From: Gammaproteobacteria bacterium
GTDB lineage: Bacteria; Pseudomonadota; Gammaproteobacteria; JBCCGL01
Direction: 5' to 3'
Length of the DNA: 64,000 nt
NCBI GenBank assembly: GCA_965277715.1
Contig: OZ255836.1
Span: forward strand, 2,848,001-2,912,000
This document shows, in pieces, positions 41,905-53,166 of this stretch; the stretch's first letter is position 1; the number at the start of each line of letters is the position of its first letter. The translations under genes and the position numbers were made by a program. The notes under the pieces were generated by a model, which searched no databases, had not been told where the DNA came from, and saw nothing but the letters and a program-made list of their open reading frames with translations.

Positions 41905-42123
41905 ATGCCAAACCCCAATACCGCTGAGAACACACAGCTAAACCAACCCAATGCCAACAACAGCCAGGCGATAACACACGCCGAATTACCCCTGCATTGC
42001 CCACTGCCGGATAGCAGCTTGTGGAACTCACATCCACGTGTATACGTGCCGCTGGAAGATGCTGCCGATGGCAAAGCCAAGTGCCCTTACTGTGGAACTG
42101 ATTTCCACCTTGTTGATGATTAG
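41905..42123 (+). CDS. zf-CHCC zinc-finger protein
   Basis: LPLHCP...WNSHPRVY...CPYCGT. Confidence 0.85.
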   Translation: MPNPNTAENTQLNQPNANNSQAITHAELPLHCPLPDSSLWNSHPRVYVPLEDAADGKAKCPYCGTDFHLVDD

Positions 42124-42128
42124 TTGGT

Positions 42129-42860
42129 TTATGTGAGCGTCAGACTCTCTAAGTTCGAACCGCCCCCCCTTTTATACCCATTAAGCAACGCCCCCCACTC
42201 CACCCCATCAACATACCCACCACCCAAGGTGCATAACTTATCAAGAGAACGACGCAACCGGCGCAAATTAGCCTCCTGCCAACCGGTACGCGCACCATCA
42301 CGCAACCGACAATTATCAAAATCAATCAGATAAACCCTATCACCACTATCCAGCAAAATATTATTGGCATTCAAATCCACATGATCGACACCCGCCAAGT
42401 GAAAACGGCGGATAGTCGCACCGACCTGTGCAAAAACACTGGGCGACAAATGCGCTCCAGCCAAACGCTCACCGAGTGTTTCTGTATCATCAATATAATG
42501 AGTAATAATATCGCAGGTATACAACAACCCGCGTTTTTCAACGTGCGCCGCGTAAGCCCGTGGAGCGGGTAGCGCCCGCTTCTGTAAAAATGACAGCAAA
42601 CGGTATTCACGCCAGGCACGGGTGGATTCAATACCTGACCAACAGTACTTATCTGCATTAAACCGCGCCGGCAGACCACCACGGCAGTAGTGGCGCAACA
42701 CCAGGGCATCACTATTGCGCTGAAAAAAAACCACCTCACCACGCCCGGCCGGTTTTCGCCCGGTGACAACGCATTCGTTTGCGAGTTGCTGGGAATCAAA
42801 CAACGCCGCGCTGATATTATGGTCAGTATCAGCGAGAAAAAAATGCCTGGAATTTTGCAT
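42129..42860 (-). CDS. kdkA: Kdo kinase
   Basis: GRG, VLRHYCRGG, HVDLNANNIL, LIDFD, NLRRLRRSL. Confidence 0.88.
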   Translation of the reverse strand: MQNSRHFFLADTDHNISAALFDSQQLANECVVTGRKPAGRGEVVFFQRNSDALVLRHYCRGGLPARFNADKYCWSGIESTRAWREYRLLSFLQKRALPAPRAYAAHVEKRGLLYTCDIITHYIDDTETLGERLAGAHLSPSVFAQVGATIRRFHLAGVDHVDLNANNILLDSGDRVYLIDFDNCRLRDGARTGWQEANLRRLRRSLDKLCTLGGGYVDGVEWGALLNGYKRGGGSNLESLTLT

Positions 42861-42950
42861 ACGAAAGCGTCATCGCCATTTAACTGCGTATTGCAATTGT
42901 ACCCGGCTTGTATAGGATTACACTGCTTTCACTATCGATACCCTCCCGCA

Positions 42951-43997
42951 TTGACGACACCACCCGCCAGTATTTGCATTCTGCGCCTATCCGCGCTGGG
43001 TGATGTCAGCCACATCGTGCCCATTGTGCGCACCCTTCAACACCATTGGCCAAATACAAAAATCACCTGGATCATCGGCAAACTGGAACATACGCTGGTG
43101 GGCAATATAGCGGGTATTGAGTTTATCGTATGTGATAAATCCCAGGGTTGGGCGGCCAACAAGGCCGTTTGGCAGCACCTGCGTGGCAGACGTTTTGACG
43201 TGCTGTTGCTGATGCAGGCGGCATTGCGCGCCAGCGTGCTCTCGCTGGGCATTCGCGCACAATTGAAAATAGGCTTTGACCGTGCGCGTGCACGCGACTT
43301 TCAATGGCTGTTCAGCAACAAAAAGATTGCCGCCTGCAAACACCAGCATGTGCTCGATGGTTTCTTTGGGTTCCTGGAAACGCTGGGTTTGCAACAGCGG
43401 GTACTGCGCTGGGATATTCCCATCGATAACACAAGTATGCATTTCGCCAAAACCTGGCTTGGTGACAAGCCCATTTTACTGATCAACCCATGCAGTAGTG
43501 CGCGGGCGCACAATTTTCGCAACTGGCGGGCCGGGCGCTATGCGGCAGTAGCCGATTATGCTTACACGGCCTATGGCCTGCGTACCGTACTCACCGGCGG
43601 GCCTACAGAGAATGAACAAAGTATGGCCAATGCGATTGCCCGGGCCGCCCATGTTGAACTGATTGATTTGGTTGGCAAAACTACTATTCCACAACTGAAT
43701 GCGCTGGTAAACCACGCCCAAGTGGTTATCGCACCGGATACCGGCCCGGCACATATGGCCTCGGCGGCGGGCACGCCGGTAATTGGCCTTTACACCACCA
43801 GCAACCCAGGTCGAACAGGGCCGTACAATGCCACAGAATGGACAGTTAACCGCTACCCACAGGCGGTGCAGCAGTATCTGGGTAAACGCGTTGAGAATGT
43901 GCGCTGGGGTATACGCGTGCGCCATGCCGATGCTGTCGACCTGATTAGTGTCGATGATGTCATCGAACAACTTAATAAGATCATGGCAGTGGGCTGA
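42951..43997 (+). CDS. GT9 heptosyltransferase (OpsX-like)
   Basis: ILRLSALGDVSH, PDTGPAHMA; divergent from kdkA; start codon approximate. Confidence 0.85.
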   Translation: MTTPPASICILRLSALGDVSHIVPIVRTLQHHWPNTKITWIIGKLEHTLVGNIAGIEFIVCDKSQGWAANKAVWQHLRGRRFDVLLLMQAALRASVLSLGIRAQLKIGFDRARARDFQWLFSNKKIAACKHQHVLDGFFGFLETLGLQQRVLRWDIPIDNTSMHFAKTWLGDKPILLINPCSSARAHNFRNWRAGRYAAVADYAYTAYGLRTVLTGGPTENEQSMANAIARAAHVELIDLVGKTTIPQLNALVNHAQVVIAPDTGPAHMASAAGTPVIGLYTTSNPGRTGPYNATEWTVNRYPQAVQQYLGKRVENVRWGIRVRHADAVDLISVDDVIEQLNKIMAVG

Positions 43998-44027
43998 CGG
44001 TATTAGGCCGTCAGGTTATAATGCACA

Positions 44028-44075
44028 CTAGATCCCATGTATTGACTTGTGTGCAGGTCAATACATGATGTCTAG
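44028..44075. repeat. 48-bp palindromic element, copy 3
   Basis: CTAGATCCCATGTATTGACTTGTGTGCAGGTCAATACATGATGTCTAG. Confidence 0.85.
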
Positions 44076-44130
44076 GATCAGCTTAAGCTGGTAATCCTAA
44101 AGATCGCTCCTCTCACCTTTTGGATAAACA

Positions 44131-45081
44131 ATGTACGTAGTCACTGGCGGTGCTGGCTTTATTGGCAGCAATATAGTCAAAGGCCTCAATCAACGGGGAA
44201 TCGACGATATTCTCGTGGTGGACGATCTCAGTGAGGGCATTAAATGCCACAACCTGGCCGATTGTGATATCGCCGATTATATGGATAAAGACGTGTTTCT
44301 TGCCCGGATCAATAACGGTGGCAAACTGAATATGGAAATCAACGCCCTGTTTCACGAGGGTGCCTGCTCATCGACTACCGAATGGGATGGCAAATTTGTA
44401 ATGTCGACCAATTACGACTATTCCAAAGCGCTGTTACATTACTGCCTGGTACGGGGTATTCCATTCTCTTACGCTTCATCCGCCTCCGTGTACGGCAATG
44501 GGCCTGTCTTCACAGAATCGCGTGAGTTTGAGCAGCCATTGAATATGTACGCATTTTCAAAATTCCAGTTTGACCAATATGTGCGCCGCCGCCTGCCACA
44601 AATACGATCACAGGTGACGGGGTTTCGCTATTTCAATGTCTACGGCCCGCGTGAGGCGCACAAAGGCACTATGTCGAGCGTTGCCTACCACCTGCACAAA
44701 CAGATTCTGGCCGGTGAGCAACCCAAACTATTTGGCGCTTACGATGGCTATGAAGCCGGTGGCCAAAGCCGTGATTTTATCTACGTTGGCGATCTCGTCG
44801 ACGCCAAGCTGTGGTTTCTTGATCACGCAGATATTTCAGGTATATACAACCTGGGCACAGGCCGTGCCGAATCGTTTAAATCAATTGCGGAGACCGTCAT
44901 CGCCCACCACGGGCGCGGCCATATTGAATACATCGACTTTCCTGAACACCTCAAAGGCAGATACCAGAGCTTTACCCAGGCCGATATCAGTGCGTTGCGT
45001 GCCAGTGGTTGTGACACCGTGTTTAAGACAGTGAGCGAAGGTGTACGCACCTATATGGAATGGTTGGATAAGCATGGTTAG
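44131..45081 (+). CDS. hldD: ADP-L-glycero-D-manno-heptose 6-epimerase
   Basis: [33 protein letters not shown]. Confidence 0.95.
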   Translation: MYVVTGGAGFIGSNIVKGLNQRGIDDILVVDDLSEGIKCHNLADCDIADYMDKDVFLARINNGGKLNMEINALFHEGACSSTTEWDGKFVMSTNYDYSKALLHYCLVRGIPFSYASSASVYGNGPVFTESREFEQPLNMYAFSKFQFDQYVRRRLPQIRSQVTGFRYFNVYGPREAHKGTMSSVAYHLHKQILAGEQPKLFGAYDGYEAGGQSRDFIYVGDLVDAKLWFLDHADISGIYNLGTGRAESFKSIAETVIAHHGRGHIEYIDFPEHLKGRYQSFTQADISALRASGCDTVFKTVSEGVRTYMEWLDKHG

Positions 45082-46084
45082 CCACCTGGTTGTCGGTCCC
45101 TCCTGGGTCGGTGACATGGTGATGGCACAAAGCTTGTTTATCACGCTGCAACAACGTGACCCCAATACACTTATCGACGTGCTGGCGCCCACCTGGTCTT
45201 TGCCAATACTGGCGCGCATGCCACAAGTGCGCCGCGCCATCCCGCTGACAATTAAACACGGTGAATGGAGTTTTTTTGCCAGGCGCCAGCTAGGGTATTC
45301 GCTGCGCGCTACAGGCTACGATAAAGCCATCGTATTGCCGCGCTCCTGGAAGTCAGCACTGGTGCCTTTTTTTGCCAAAATTGCCACACGTACAGGCTTT
45401 CGTGGTGAACAACGTTACGGCCTGCTAACCGACTGTAGACAGCTTGACAAACAAGTACTCGACCAAACCGTTAAACGTTTCGTCTCCCTGGGCCTGCCCG
45501 CCAACGAAGCATACCCACCCGCCACTATTCCCTCACCAGCATTACATGTTGATACCGGCAACCAGGCCAAATGCTACCAACAATTTGCCCTGCCAACCGA
45601 AACAGCCGCCGTGGCGATTATGCCAGGGGCCGAATACGGGCCAGCCAAACAATGGCCGCTGTCACACTACCGCCAATTGGCCGCGCACCTACTTGAGCAA
45701 GGCTATCAGGTATGGGTATTGGGTGGCGGGGCAGACCACAGCGATGGGGAAATCATCGCGCAACAACTCCCTGGGCCAGTTTTTAATCTATGCGGCAAAA
45801 CAAACCTGGCCGATGTTGTAGACTTAATTGCAGCAGCTAAATTTGCAGTGTGCAACGATTCGGGGTTGATGCATATTGCCGCCGCAGTGGGCACACCTAT
45901 CCATGCACTATACGGTTCGACCAGTGCGGCCTACACCCCCCCACTGAGCAAACAGGCGACAATACATTCACTCAACCTTGACTGTTCGCCGTGTTTTGCC
46001 CGCCAATGCCGTTACGGACACTATAATTGCCTGCGCCAGTTGCAACCCAATCAGTTAATTGATGCACTGCCAGCCAAGGGCTAA
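45074..46084 (+). CDS. waaF: LPS heptosyltransferase II
   Basis: [33 protein letters not shown]. Confidence 0.93.
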   Translation: MVSHLVVGPSWVGDMVMAQSLFITLQQRDPNTLIDVLAPTWSLPILARMPQVRRAIPLTIKHGEWSFFARRQLGYSLRATGYDKAIVLPRSWKSALVPFFAKIATRTGFRGEQRYGLLTDCRQLDKQVLDQTVKRFVSLGLPANEAYPPATIPSPALHVDTGNQAKCYQQFALPTETAAVAIMPGAEYGPAKQWPLSHYRQLAAHLLEQGYQVWVLGGGADHSDGEIIAQQLPGPVFNLCGKTNLADVVDLIAAAKFAVCNDSGLMHIAAAVGTPIHALYGSTSAAYTPPLSKQATIHSLNLDCSPCFARQCRYGHYNCLRQLQPNQLIDALPAKG

Positions 46085-46097
46085 GCGACGAGTAACC

Positions 46098-46877
46098 ATG
46101 CCGACCCTCTCCATCGTACTGATTATTAAGGATGAATCGAAAAACATTGAAGCCTGCCTGGCAACCGCTGGCTTTGCCGATGAAATCGTCGTGGTCGATG
46201 CGGGCTCAACAGATGACTCTCTCGCACTCTCATCCCAATTTACCGACGCTGTTTTCACCGAAAAAGACTGGCAGGGTTACGGTATACAACGTCAGCGGGC
46301 GCAGGCTTATGCCAAGAGTGATTGGGTGCTTATGCTCGATGCGGATGAGCGAATCACCTCAGCCTTGCGACAATCGATCATCCAGGCGGTGCAGGAAAAT
46401 GATCAAAACTGTGTGTATGCCGTTGCCCGGCTCTCTTACTGCTTTGGTCGTTTTATCCGGCATAGCGGCTGGTACCCCGACACGGTGGCGCGGCTCTACC
46501 CGCGCTTGAAAGCCGCCTACAACGCATCAATGGTGCATGAAAAGCTGGTTTACCCCAGCAGCTTAAAACAATACACATTGAAAGGTGATTTACACCACTA
46601 CACCTACCGCGACTTACACCACTACCTGGTAAAGTCAGCGGGCTATGCACAAGCGTGGTCAGCACAACGCCACGCACAGGGGCGGCGGGCCACATTGCGA
46701 CAGGGCGTGCTGCACGCTATCGCTTGTTTTATCAAAATGTACTTACTGCGTGCGGGGTTCCTCGATGGCAGGCAGGGATTGTTATTAGCATTGCTTTCCA
46801 GCCATTCAACCTTTGCAAAGTATGCAGCCCTGTGGGAGCGCGCACAGAAACCGAGCGAAGCCGGTGAAGATTCTTGA
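46098..46877 (+). CDS. GT2 LPS core glycosyltransferase (KdtX/WaaE-like)
   Basis: VVDAGSTD, LDADER, HSGWYPD, GFLDG. Confidence 0.85.
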   Translation: MPTLSIVLIIKDESKNIEACLATAGFADEIVVVDAGSTDDSLALSSQFTDAVFTEKDWQGYGIQRQRAQAYAKSDWVLMLDADERITSALRQSIIQAVQENDQNCVYAVARLSYCFGRFIRHSGWYPDTVARLYPRLKAAYNASMVHEKLVYPSSLKQYTLKGDLHHYTYRDLHHYLVKSAGYAQAWSAQRHAQGRRATLRQGVLHAIACFIKMYLLRAGFLDGRQGLLLALLSSHSTFAKYAALWERAQKPSEAGEDS

Positions 46878-47985
46878 GCTGTGCCTCTCGCCGGGTATCG
46901 GCGGGCTGGAAATGTATGCGGTTAAGTGCTGCGCATCGCTAGGTCATAAAAATACTGTCCTGGCCGTCACCGCCAGCCGGGGAATGGTTTATAGCGGTGT
47001 GACAAAACTGTCTGCCTGGCACACCACACTCAACCCGTTTGTACGCAAACTCCCCCTTTACAGCGCGTATTGTCTGGCGAAAATAATTGACCGGGAATCG
47101 GTCGACATCATCCATATACACTGGAACAAAGATTTGCCACTGGCGTCGCTGGCAAAACGCCTTTCAAAACGCAAACCGCGTTTAGTCGTTTCCAGGCATA
47201 TGAAAATCACACGCAGCAAACGGGATGTTTACCACCGGTTTATGTATAACCCCATCGATTTGATACTCAACGTCACCCGAACCCTTGCAGAAGTTGCCGT
47301 GCAAAAACTACCTGTCACCGATGCGGCCAAGTCACATTATCTCTATTTGGGTGTGGAAGCGCCTCGTCAACTACTGGATAAAACACAGATTGGCCAGCAC
47401 CGTGAAAAGTTAGGTATTGGCAGAGAAAAATTTGTTGTCGGTGTATTTGGCCGTATCGAGGCATATAAAGCACAGCACCTGTTAATCCAGGCAGCGGCAC
47501 CACTGATTGAGCAGAATCACCCCATTCACTTAATGGTAATAGGGTCTGCGATGGATAGCGACTACCTGCAATCACTACACACTATGGCGAAAGCGTTAAA
47601 TATCCACAAAAACATTTTATTCCACGATTTTGTCGAAGACCCACAAACCTGGATGCAGCTTTGTGATTGTGTGGTACTAACCACCATCGAAGAAACGTTT
47701 GGCCTGGTATTGATTGAAGCGATGCGTTCCGGGGTGTGTGTATTGGGCAGTAACCGTGGTGGTGTATTGGAAATTATTCAGCATGGGGAAAATGGGCTGT
47801 TATTTGAATCGGGGAGCAGTGCCGATTTAAGCAGTCAATTGGCATCTCTGGTAAAAGACAAAAATTTACATTTTACCCTCTCTGAAAAGGGTAAAGTTTT
47901 TGCCGATAAACACTTTGACCAAAGAAAACACTTTGATAAATTAGAGAATATATTCGTTAATTTACTGCAAAAACAGCAACCGTAA
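46864..47985 (+). CDS. GT4 glycosyltransferase
   Basis: ETFGLVLIEAM motif. Confidence 0.85.
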   Translation: MKILELCLSPGIGGLEMYAVKCCASLGHKNTVLAVTASRGMVYSGVTKLSAWHTTLNPFVRKLPLYSAYCLAKIIDRESVDIIHIHWNKDLPLASLAKRLSKRKPRLVVSRHMKITRSKRDVYHRFMYNPIDLILNVTRTLAEVAVQKLPVTDAAKSHYLYLGVEAPRQLLDKTQIGQHREKLGIGREKFVVGVFGRIEAYKAQHLLIQAAAPLIEQNHPIHLMVIGSAMDSDYLQSLHTMAKALNIHKNILFHDFVEDPQTWMQLCDCVVLTTIEETFGLVLIEAMRSGVCVLGSNRGGVLEIIQHGENGLLFESGSSADLSSQLASLVKDKNLHFTLSEKGKVFADKHFDQRKHFDKLENIFVNLLQKQQP

Positions 47986-48005
47986 AGAATTCTTATTTAA
48001 CGCAG

Positions 48006-49055
48006 ATGAAAATACTTTTTGTCGACAACAAGTCGTCTGAAAACTACGATTTTAGCTATATACAGTCAAATTCACTTGGGGGCACTGAATCTACTGTATT
48101 GAAAATTGCACGGGAACTGGCGAAGGAACACCAGGTAACGATTTCGCAAATTAACCGAACCACCGACCACCAGGAACAAGGTGTACGCTTTATTCATCGA
48201 CAACAAGGGCTAGCAGAGTCTACCGCGCCCGATAAAATAATCATCTTAAGAAAGTACAGATTGCTGACACAATACCGTACTGCATACCCTAATGCGCAGC
48301 TATTTGTCTGGATTCACAATTTTCAGAAGTATGAATCACTGGCAAAAAGACAGATAATACTCAATGCAAATGCGCACATTATTTGTGTTTCAAAGTACCA
48401 TAAACAGCACACCCATAAAATTTTAAATGGATGGTTATCGTGGGTAGTCCGGCTGGTAACACTGAAATTTAAAGACGTACCCACTACCACAATATACAAC
48501 CCGGTGGACGAGGCATTTACCCAGAGTAATGTCGCGGTAGACCCGAATAAATTATTTTTTTTCAGCACGATAAACAAAGGGTTACCACAGGTGCTTGAGC
48601 ATTTCCAAAAACTGCTTCAGCAAGCGCCAGACTACACACTTTACATTGCCGGGGCAACGGCTCAACAGCTTTATAGCGCGGATCTCGACAAAGAAATGCT
48701 CAATTCAGCTTCAGTGGTGATTTTGGGAAAAATCCCAAAACAGGCTCTCATCGATCATTTACGTAGCGCATTTTGCGTTTTTTACCCACAGAACATTCAC
48801 CCGGAAACGTTTGGTTTAATTTATATTGAGGCCAATTGTGTAGGTACTCCTGTATTGGCACACCCATTTGGTGCCGCCGCTGAAATACTCGACGACACAG
48901 ATCAGCTTGTAGATGCGAACAATACCTCCGCCGTTACTGGTAAACTATTGAGCTGGAAAAAAAATGGAAGACCGCGTGTTAACTGCCAACAACGGTTTCA
49001 ACTGCCCGGTATAATTGCGCGTTGGAAAACACTGCTTGGACTACACAATGACTAA
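48006..49055 (+). CDS. GT4-like glycosyltransferase
   Basis: LGGTES, ETFGLIYIEA. Confidence 0.8.
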   Translation: MKILFVDNKSSENYDFSYIQSNSLGGTESTVLKIARELAKEHQVTISQINRTTDHQEQGVRFIHRQQGLAESTAPDKIIILRKYRLLTQYRTAYPNAQLFVWIHNFQKYESLAKRQIILNANAHIICVSKYHKQHTHKILNGWLSWVVRLVTLKFKDVPTTTIYNPVDEAFTQSNVAVDPNKLFFFSTINKGLPQVLEHFQKLLQQAPDYTLYIAGATAQQLYSADLDKEMLNSASVVILGKIPKQALIDHLRSAFCVFYPQNIHPETFGLIYIEANCVGTPVLAHPFGAAAEILDDTDQLVDANNTSAVTGKLLSWKKNGRPRVNCQQRFQLPGIIARWKTLLGLHND

Positions 49056-50115
49056 AAAATCAATGCGTATTCTAGTCGTTCGCAACGATAAACTGGGTGA
49101 TTTTATGTTGGTATGGCCCGCATTGGCCTTACTCAAACGCTATTTTCCAGAGGCGCATATTATTGCACTAGTACCTGAATATACTGCGCCTATTGCTACA
49201 CTTTGTCCCTCTATCGACGAGCTGTTGATTGAACCTGAAGACTGTGGTGTTTTCACATTGTCTACGCTATTTAAAGGTGCAAAATTAGATGCTGCTTTAG
49301 TTTTTTTTTCCACGGCGCGCATTGCATTCGCCAGCTTATTGTCAGGCGTGCCTTACCGGCTTGCACCTGCAACTAAAATTATACAATATCTCTACAATCA
49401 TCGATTGGTGCAGAGGCGTTCACACTCTAAAAAACCAGAGTATCTTTATAACCTGGAGCTTGCCGCTCAGCTTTTAATCGATTTTAATCAGTTATCAGAT
49501 AAATTTTCTTTTGCTGGCAAAAATGATGACTACCTACCAACTGAAATCAGCCGCCCTTTTCTGGCATTTAATAATGATCTAGAGCGTATGAAATGTATTT
49601 TTCTGAAAGAGCACAAACTCTCAGAGCAAACAAAGCTGATTTTTATTCACCCGGGAAGCGGCGGCTCTGCAGCAAACCTAACAATTGGTCAGTATGCGCA
49701 CCTTGCTGACGCAATCGTTAATCAACTCGCGAAAAAACAAATAACCGCCTCTATTGTAATATGTGCGGGTCCTAATGAAATGAAACAGGCCGAAGCGATG
49801 CAGGCACAACTCGCGGCAGTGACGCCATCCTGCCTATATCATTCGACAGAAGGGCTTCGGCGGTTTGCAGAAACATTAGAAATAGCGGATGTATTTATCA
49901 GTGGATCTACTGGCGTGTTGCATATCGCGGGGGCGCTCGATATTTTTAATGTCGGCTTCTACCCAACAAAACGCTCGTCGAGCGCACTCAGATGGCAAAC
50001 GCTTGGCAACCCTGAAAATGGCCTGGCGTTCACTTTGCCTGAAAATGGCAGCAACTTGGCCAATAGAACACTTGATAAAAATGGTATTGTGCAAGTAATA
50101 ATAAATAAATTCTGA
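49048..50115 (+). CDS. GT9 glycosyltransferase
   Basis: RNDKLGDFML, HPGSGGSA, STGVLHIA. Confidence 0.85.
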   Translation: MTKKSMRILVVRNDKLGDFMLVWPALALLKRYFPEAHIIALVPEYTAPIATLCPSIDELLIEPEDCGVFTLSTLFKGAKLDAALVFFSTARIAFASLLSGVPYRLAPATKIIQYLYNHRLVQRRSHSKKPEYLYNLELAAQLLIDFNQLSDKFSFAGKNDDYLPTEISRPFLAFNNDLERMKCIFLKEHKLSEQTKLIFIHPGSGGSAANLTIGQYAHLADAIVNQLAKKQITASIVICAGPNEMKQAEAMQAQLAAVTPSCLYHSTEGLRRFAETLEIADVFISGSTGVLHIAGALDIFNVGFYPTKRSSSALRWQTLGNPENGLAFTLPENGSNLANRTLDKNGIVQVIINKF

Positions 50116-50139
50116 CTGCCAAAACCCCCCATATTTATG

Positions 50140-51396
50140 CTATTCAATGATTTTATCACTCTCACTTTCTCTGACCGTATCGCACACTGTGCATGCTAGG
50201 TACACCAATACAAATGCGATGTAGTTACCTTTTATAATTGGTGAAGACTCAAACAACCCAGCAACGAAGAAAGCAACCACTACTATAATCATAGAATTTG
50301 ATGCATATACACCTTTTCGAAAGTGAACGAAGAGACGATAAAACAGATAAACAAACAAAGACAATAAAATTGATAACCCAATAACTCCTTTGGATACCAT
50401 ACTCTCAATAAAAATATTGTGGGGATGCCCATGCGTGGCCGCCACAGGATTTACCTGTCCAGTATCGACATATTGCTTTACCACATAAGGATAACCGCCT
50501 CTTCCAACACCGAACAACACATTATCAGAAAATATCTGATAGGCAGCATGCCATAGTGCAATTCGCTGTTTGGTGCTGGCTCCTTTTCCATGTATATCCA
50601 TATCTAAATTAGATATGTTATCAGCGCTAATGATCTCATCAAAAGCGACAACAACACGGTCAACCCCATACGTAACTCTCGGGGCGTATTGATATGAAAG
50701 AAATAAGGCACATATAAGTAAAGCAAATATGCTTATTTTTATCTTACTATTATTCAGTAATAAAAATATTGTCGTAACAGACAGTGTGACAATTAAAATA
50801 TAAGCGCTTCTGGTTGTAGAAAGATAAGCAGCATAAAGACCAAAAGGGATGCTGATTAGCGAAAGGTTTGCCCAAAACTTAGAATCTTTTATTAGGTGAT
50901 AGCTATTAATTATGAAAAAAACCATAATGCTGGTAACAGGGCCAAGTAACAATGAACTATAGGCTCCAGTAGCTCTCGGAAGGTCCATAATATAGATCTC
51001 ATAACAGGCAATCCAAAATACTAATAAAATGCTTAATACTGAACCCTTCACTAAAGGTCTTATCAAATCTCCTGTGTTTTTTAACAAAAAATATAACGGT
51101 ATAAATAACAAAAACCGGATTTCATCTTCAATAAAGCGAATATGCAAACTATCCCAATTATTAGCACGAAAACTTAATAGAAATGAAAAGAAAAACAATG
51201 CCATCAACAAGAGAACAGTTTTCTCTTCCCGGAAAAGTTTTATTGAAGTGATATTTCTACGAAAATAAAATATCGCCAATAGGCACAATAAGACAAAAAA
51301 ACCGGAAGACCAGTGCCTTACTGTAGTTAATCCTATAGGAAATAGAAATAATATTGCCCTGGTAGTTGTTGTTAAGGAAATTGCCGACTCTTTCAT
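50140..51396 (-). CDS. O-antigen ligase (WaaL-like)
   Basis: Multi-pass membrane protein; STTRSA, RIALW, FGVG, HPHN motifs; AT-rich. Confidence 0.82.
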   Translation of the reverse strand: MKESAISLTTTTRAILFLFPIGLTTVRHWSSGFFVLLCLLAIFYFRRNITSIKLFREEKTVLLLMALFFFSFLLSFRANNWDSLHIRFIEDEIRFLLFIPLYFLLKNTGDLIRPLVKGSVLSILLVFWIACYEIYIMDLPRATGAYSSLLLGPVTSIMVFFIINSYHLIKDSKFWANLSLISIPFGLYAAYLSTTRSAYILIVTLSVTTIFLLLNNSKIKISIFALLICALFLSYQYAPRVTYGVDRVVVAFDEIISADNISNLDMDIHGKGASTKQRIALWHAAYQIFSDNVLFGVGRGGYPYVVKQYVDTGQVNPVAATHGHPHNIFIESMVSKGVIGLSILLSLFVYLFYRLFVHFRKGVYASNSMIIVVVAFFVAGLFESSPIIKGNYIAFVLVYLACTVCDTVRESESDKIIE

Positions 51397-51708
51397 AATA
51401 GGGCTTGTTGGTTAGATCTATTAGGTAATTTCTGCACAACTCAGTAGTGCACGCATTGAAAACATCCATTTTTTGGATGCAGAAAAAAATACAATTGATT
51501 AAAGAATAACAAAGGAGGAGTAAGGATAAGTGTTCTTTTGTCGATAATCAACTGCGGTTATAGATTCGACCTGCGCCGGTCAATTTGAACTTCTAAACCT
51601 GAGTGAGTATCATCCAATTCGATCCTTCATCCGACACACTCAACGGTAGTTTGAACATTTCATTGATGCGCTCCATGATTCCCCTCTCACTTAGGTCACT
51701 GCAAGACT

Positions 51709-53136
51709 ATGACGATCCAAATTCCTGAGTTTGCCCACGCCCGCGTGTTGGTGGTGGGTGACGTGATGCTTGATCGCTACTGGAGTGGTCCCTGCTCGCG
51801 TATATCACCTGAAGCACCCGTCCCCGTGGTTAAAATCCAGCGACAGGAAGACCGGCCGGGCGGTGCCGCCAACGTCGCATTGAATATTGCCAATCTGGGC
51901 GGTCAAGTGCGTTTAATCGGCCTGGTCGGTACTGACGAAGCCGCAAAATCACTGCAAGATCAACTGCGTGGCGACGGTGTTGACTGTGATTTTGTTGAAG
52001 TCGAAGGCGCTTCAACCGTTACCAAACTCCGCACCCTGGCACACAATCAACAATTGCTACGCCTGGATTTTGAAGATGGCTTCGCCGCGTTCTCTCTGCC
52101 AACACTTGCGGGAAAAGTTGAACAGGCGATTAGCCATTGCGATGTGCTGGTGCTATCAGATTACGACAAGGGGGCGTTACGCGATGTGCAGGGACTGATA
52201 GACATGGCACGCAAACAGCACGTGCCCGTTATTGTCGACCCCAAGGGAAATGACTTTTCCCGCTATCGGGGGGCGACTGTTATCACCCCCAATTTCAGTG
52301 AATTTGAAGCCGTTGTCGGGCACTGTAGTGATGAGCCGACCATTGCGCATTACGCTGAATCACTGTGCAGGCAACTTGAGCTGCAGGCTCTACTGGTTAC
52401 CCGCAGTGATAAAGGCATGAGCCTATACGAAAGAGGGCGATCAGCATTACATCAACCAACCCATGCCCGCGAGATTTACGATGTAACCGGTGCGGGCGAT
52501 ACGGTGATTGCAACATTGGCGGCTGTTTTAGCCACAGGCGCCGATCTGGAACAAGCCATGTTACTGGCCAATTGTGCCGCCGGGGTCGTGGTGGGTAAAC
52601 TGGGAACGGCTACACTCAATGCAGCAGAACTGCGCTCGGCAACATTGACCCATAAGCCGCTGGATCGCGGTGTTGTCAACCAGGAAACATTGCTAACCTT
52701 AATACAACAGGCCCGTGATGCAGGTGAGCGGATTGTGATGACTAACGGTTGTTTTGATATTTTACACGCCGGCCATGTCGCTTACCTGGCACGCGCCCGT
52801 GAACTGGGCCAGCGTTTAATCGTTGCCGTTAACGATGACGATTCGGTGCGTCGGCTCAAAGGCCCTGAACGCCCTGTTAACCCGATTGATCTGCGCATGG
52901 CTGTTCTCAGCGGCCTTGAATCGGTGGATTGGGTTTTATCCTATTCAGAAGATACGCCTGCCCGCTTAATCGAATACCTGCTACCCGATGTATTGGTCAA
53001 AGGGGGTGATTGGGCGGTGAAGGATATTGTCGGACACGACACTGTGACAGCCAATGGTGGCGAGGTACACTCATTGGCATTTCTTGATGGTTGCTCGACC
53101 AGCGAAATTATCGATACGATTCGCAAGCCGCGTTAA
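51709..53136 (+). CDS. hldE: Bifunctional heptose 7-phosphate kinase / heptose 1-phosphate adenylyltransferase
   Basis: RISPEAPVPV, DVTGAGD, TNGCFDILHAGH. Confidence 0.96.
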   Translation: MTIQIPEFAHARVLVVGDVMLDRYWSGPCSRISPEAPVPVVKIQRQEDRPGGAANVALNIANLGGQVRLIGLVGTDEAAKSLQDQLRGDGVDCDFVEVEGASTVTKLRTLAHNQQLLRLDFEDGFAAFSLPTLAGKVEQAISHCDVLVLSDYDKGALRDVQGLIDMARKQHVPVIVDPKGNDFSRYRGATVITPNFSEFEAVVGHCSDEPTIAHYAESLCRQLELQALLVTRSDKGMSLYERGRSALHQPTHAREIYDVTGAGDTVIATLAAVLATGADLEQAMLLANCAAGVVVGKLGTATLNAAELRSATLTHKPLDRGVVNQETLLTLIQQARDAGERIVMTNGCFDILHAGHVAYLARARELGQRLIVAVNDDDSVRRLKGPERPVNPIDLRMAVLSGLESVDWVLSYSEDTPARLIEYLLPDVLVKGGDWAVKDIVGHDTVTANGGEVHSLAFLDGCSTSEIIDTIRKPR

Positions 53137-53166
53137 TCAATGTTGTCCATCCACTGATTGCCAAGG

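Noticed and set aside
51545-51570. Sequence resembling the right TIR of the 37548 MITE
   Set aside because: No matching left end found.
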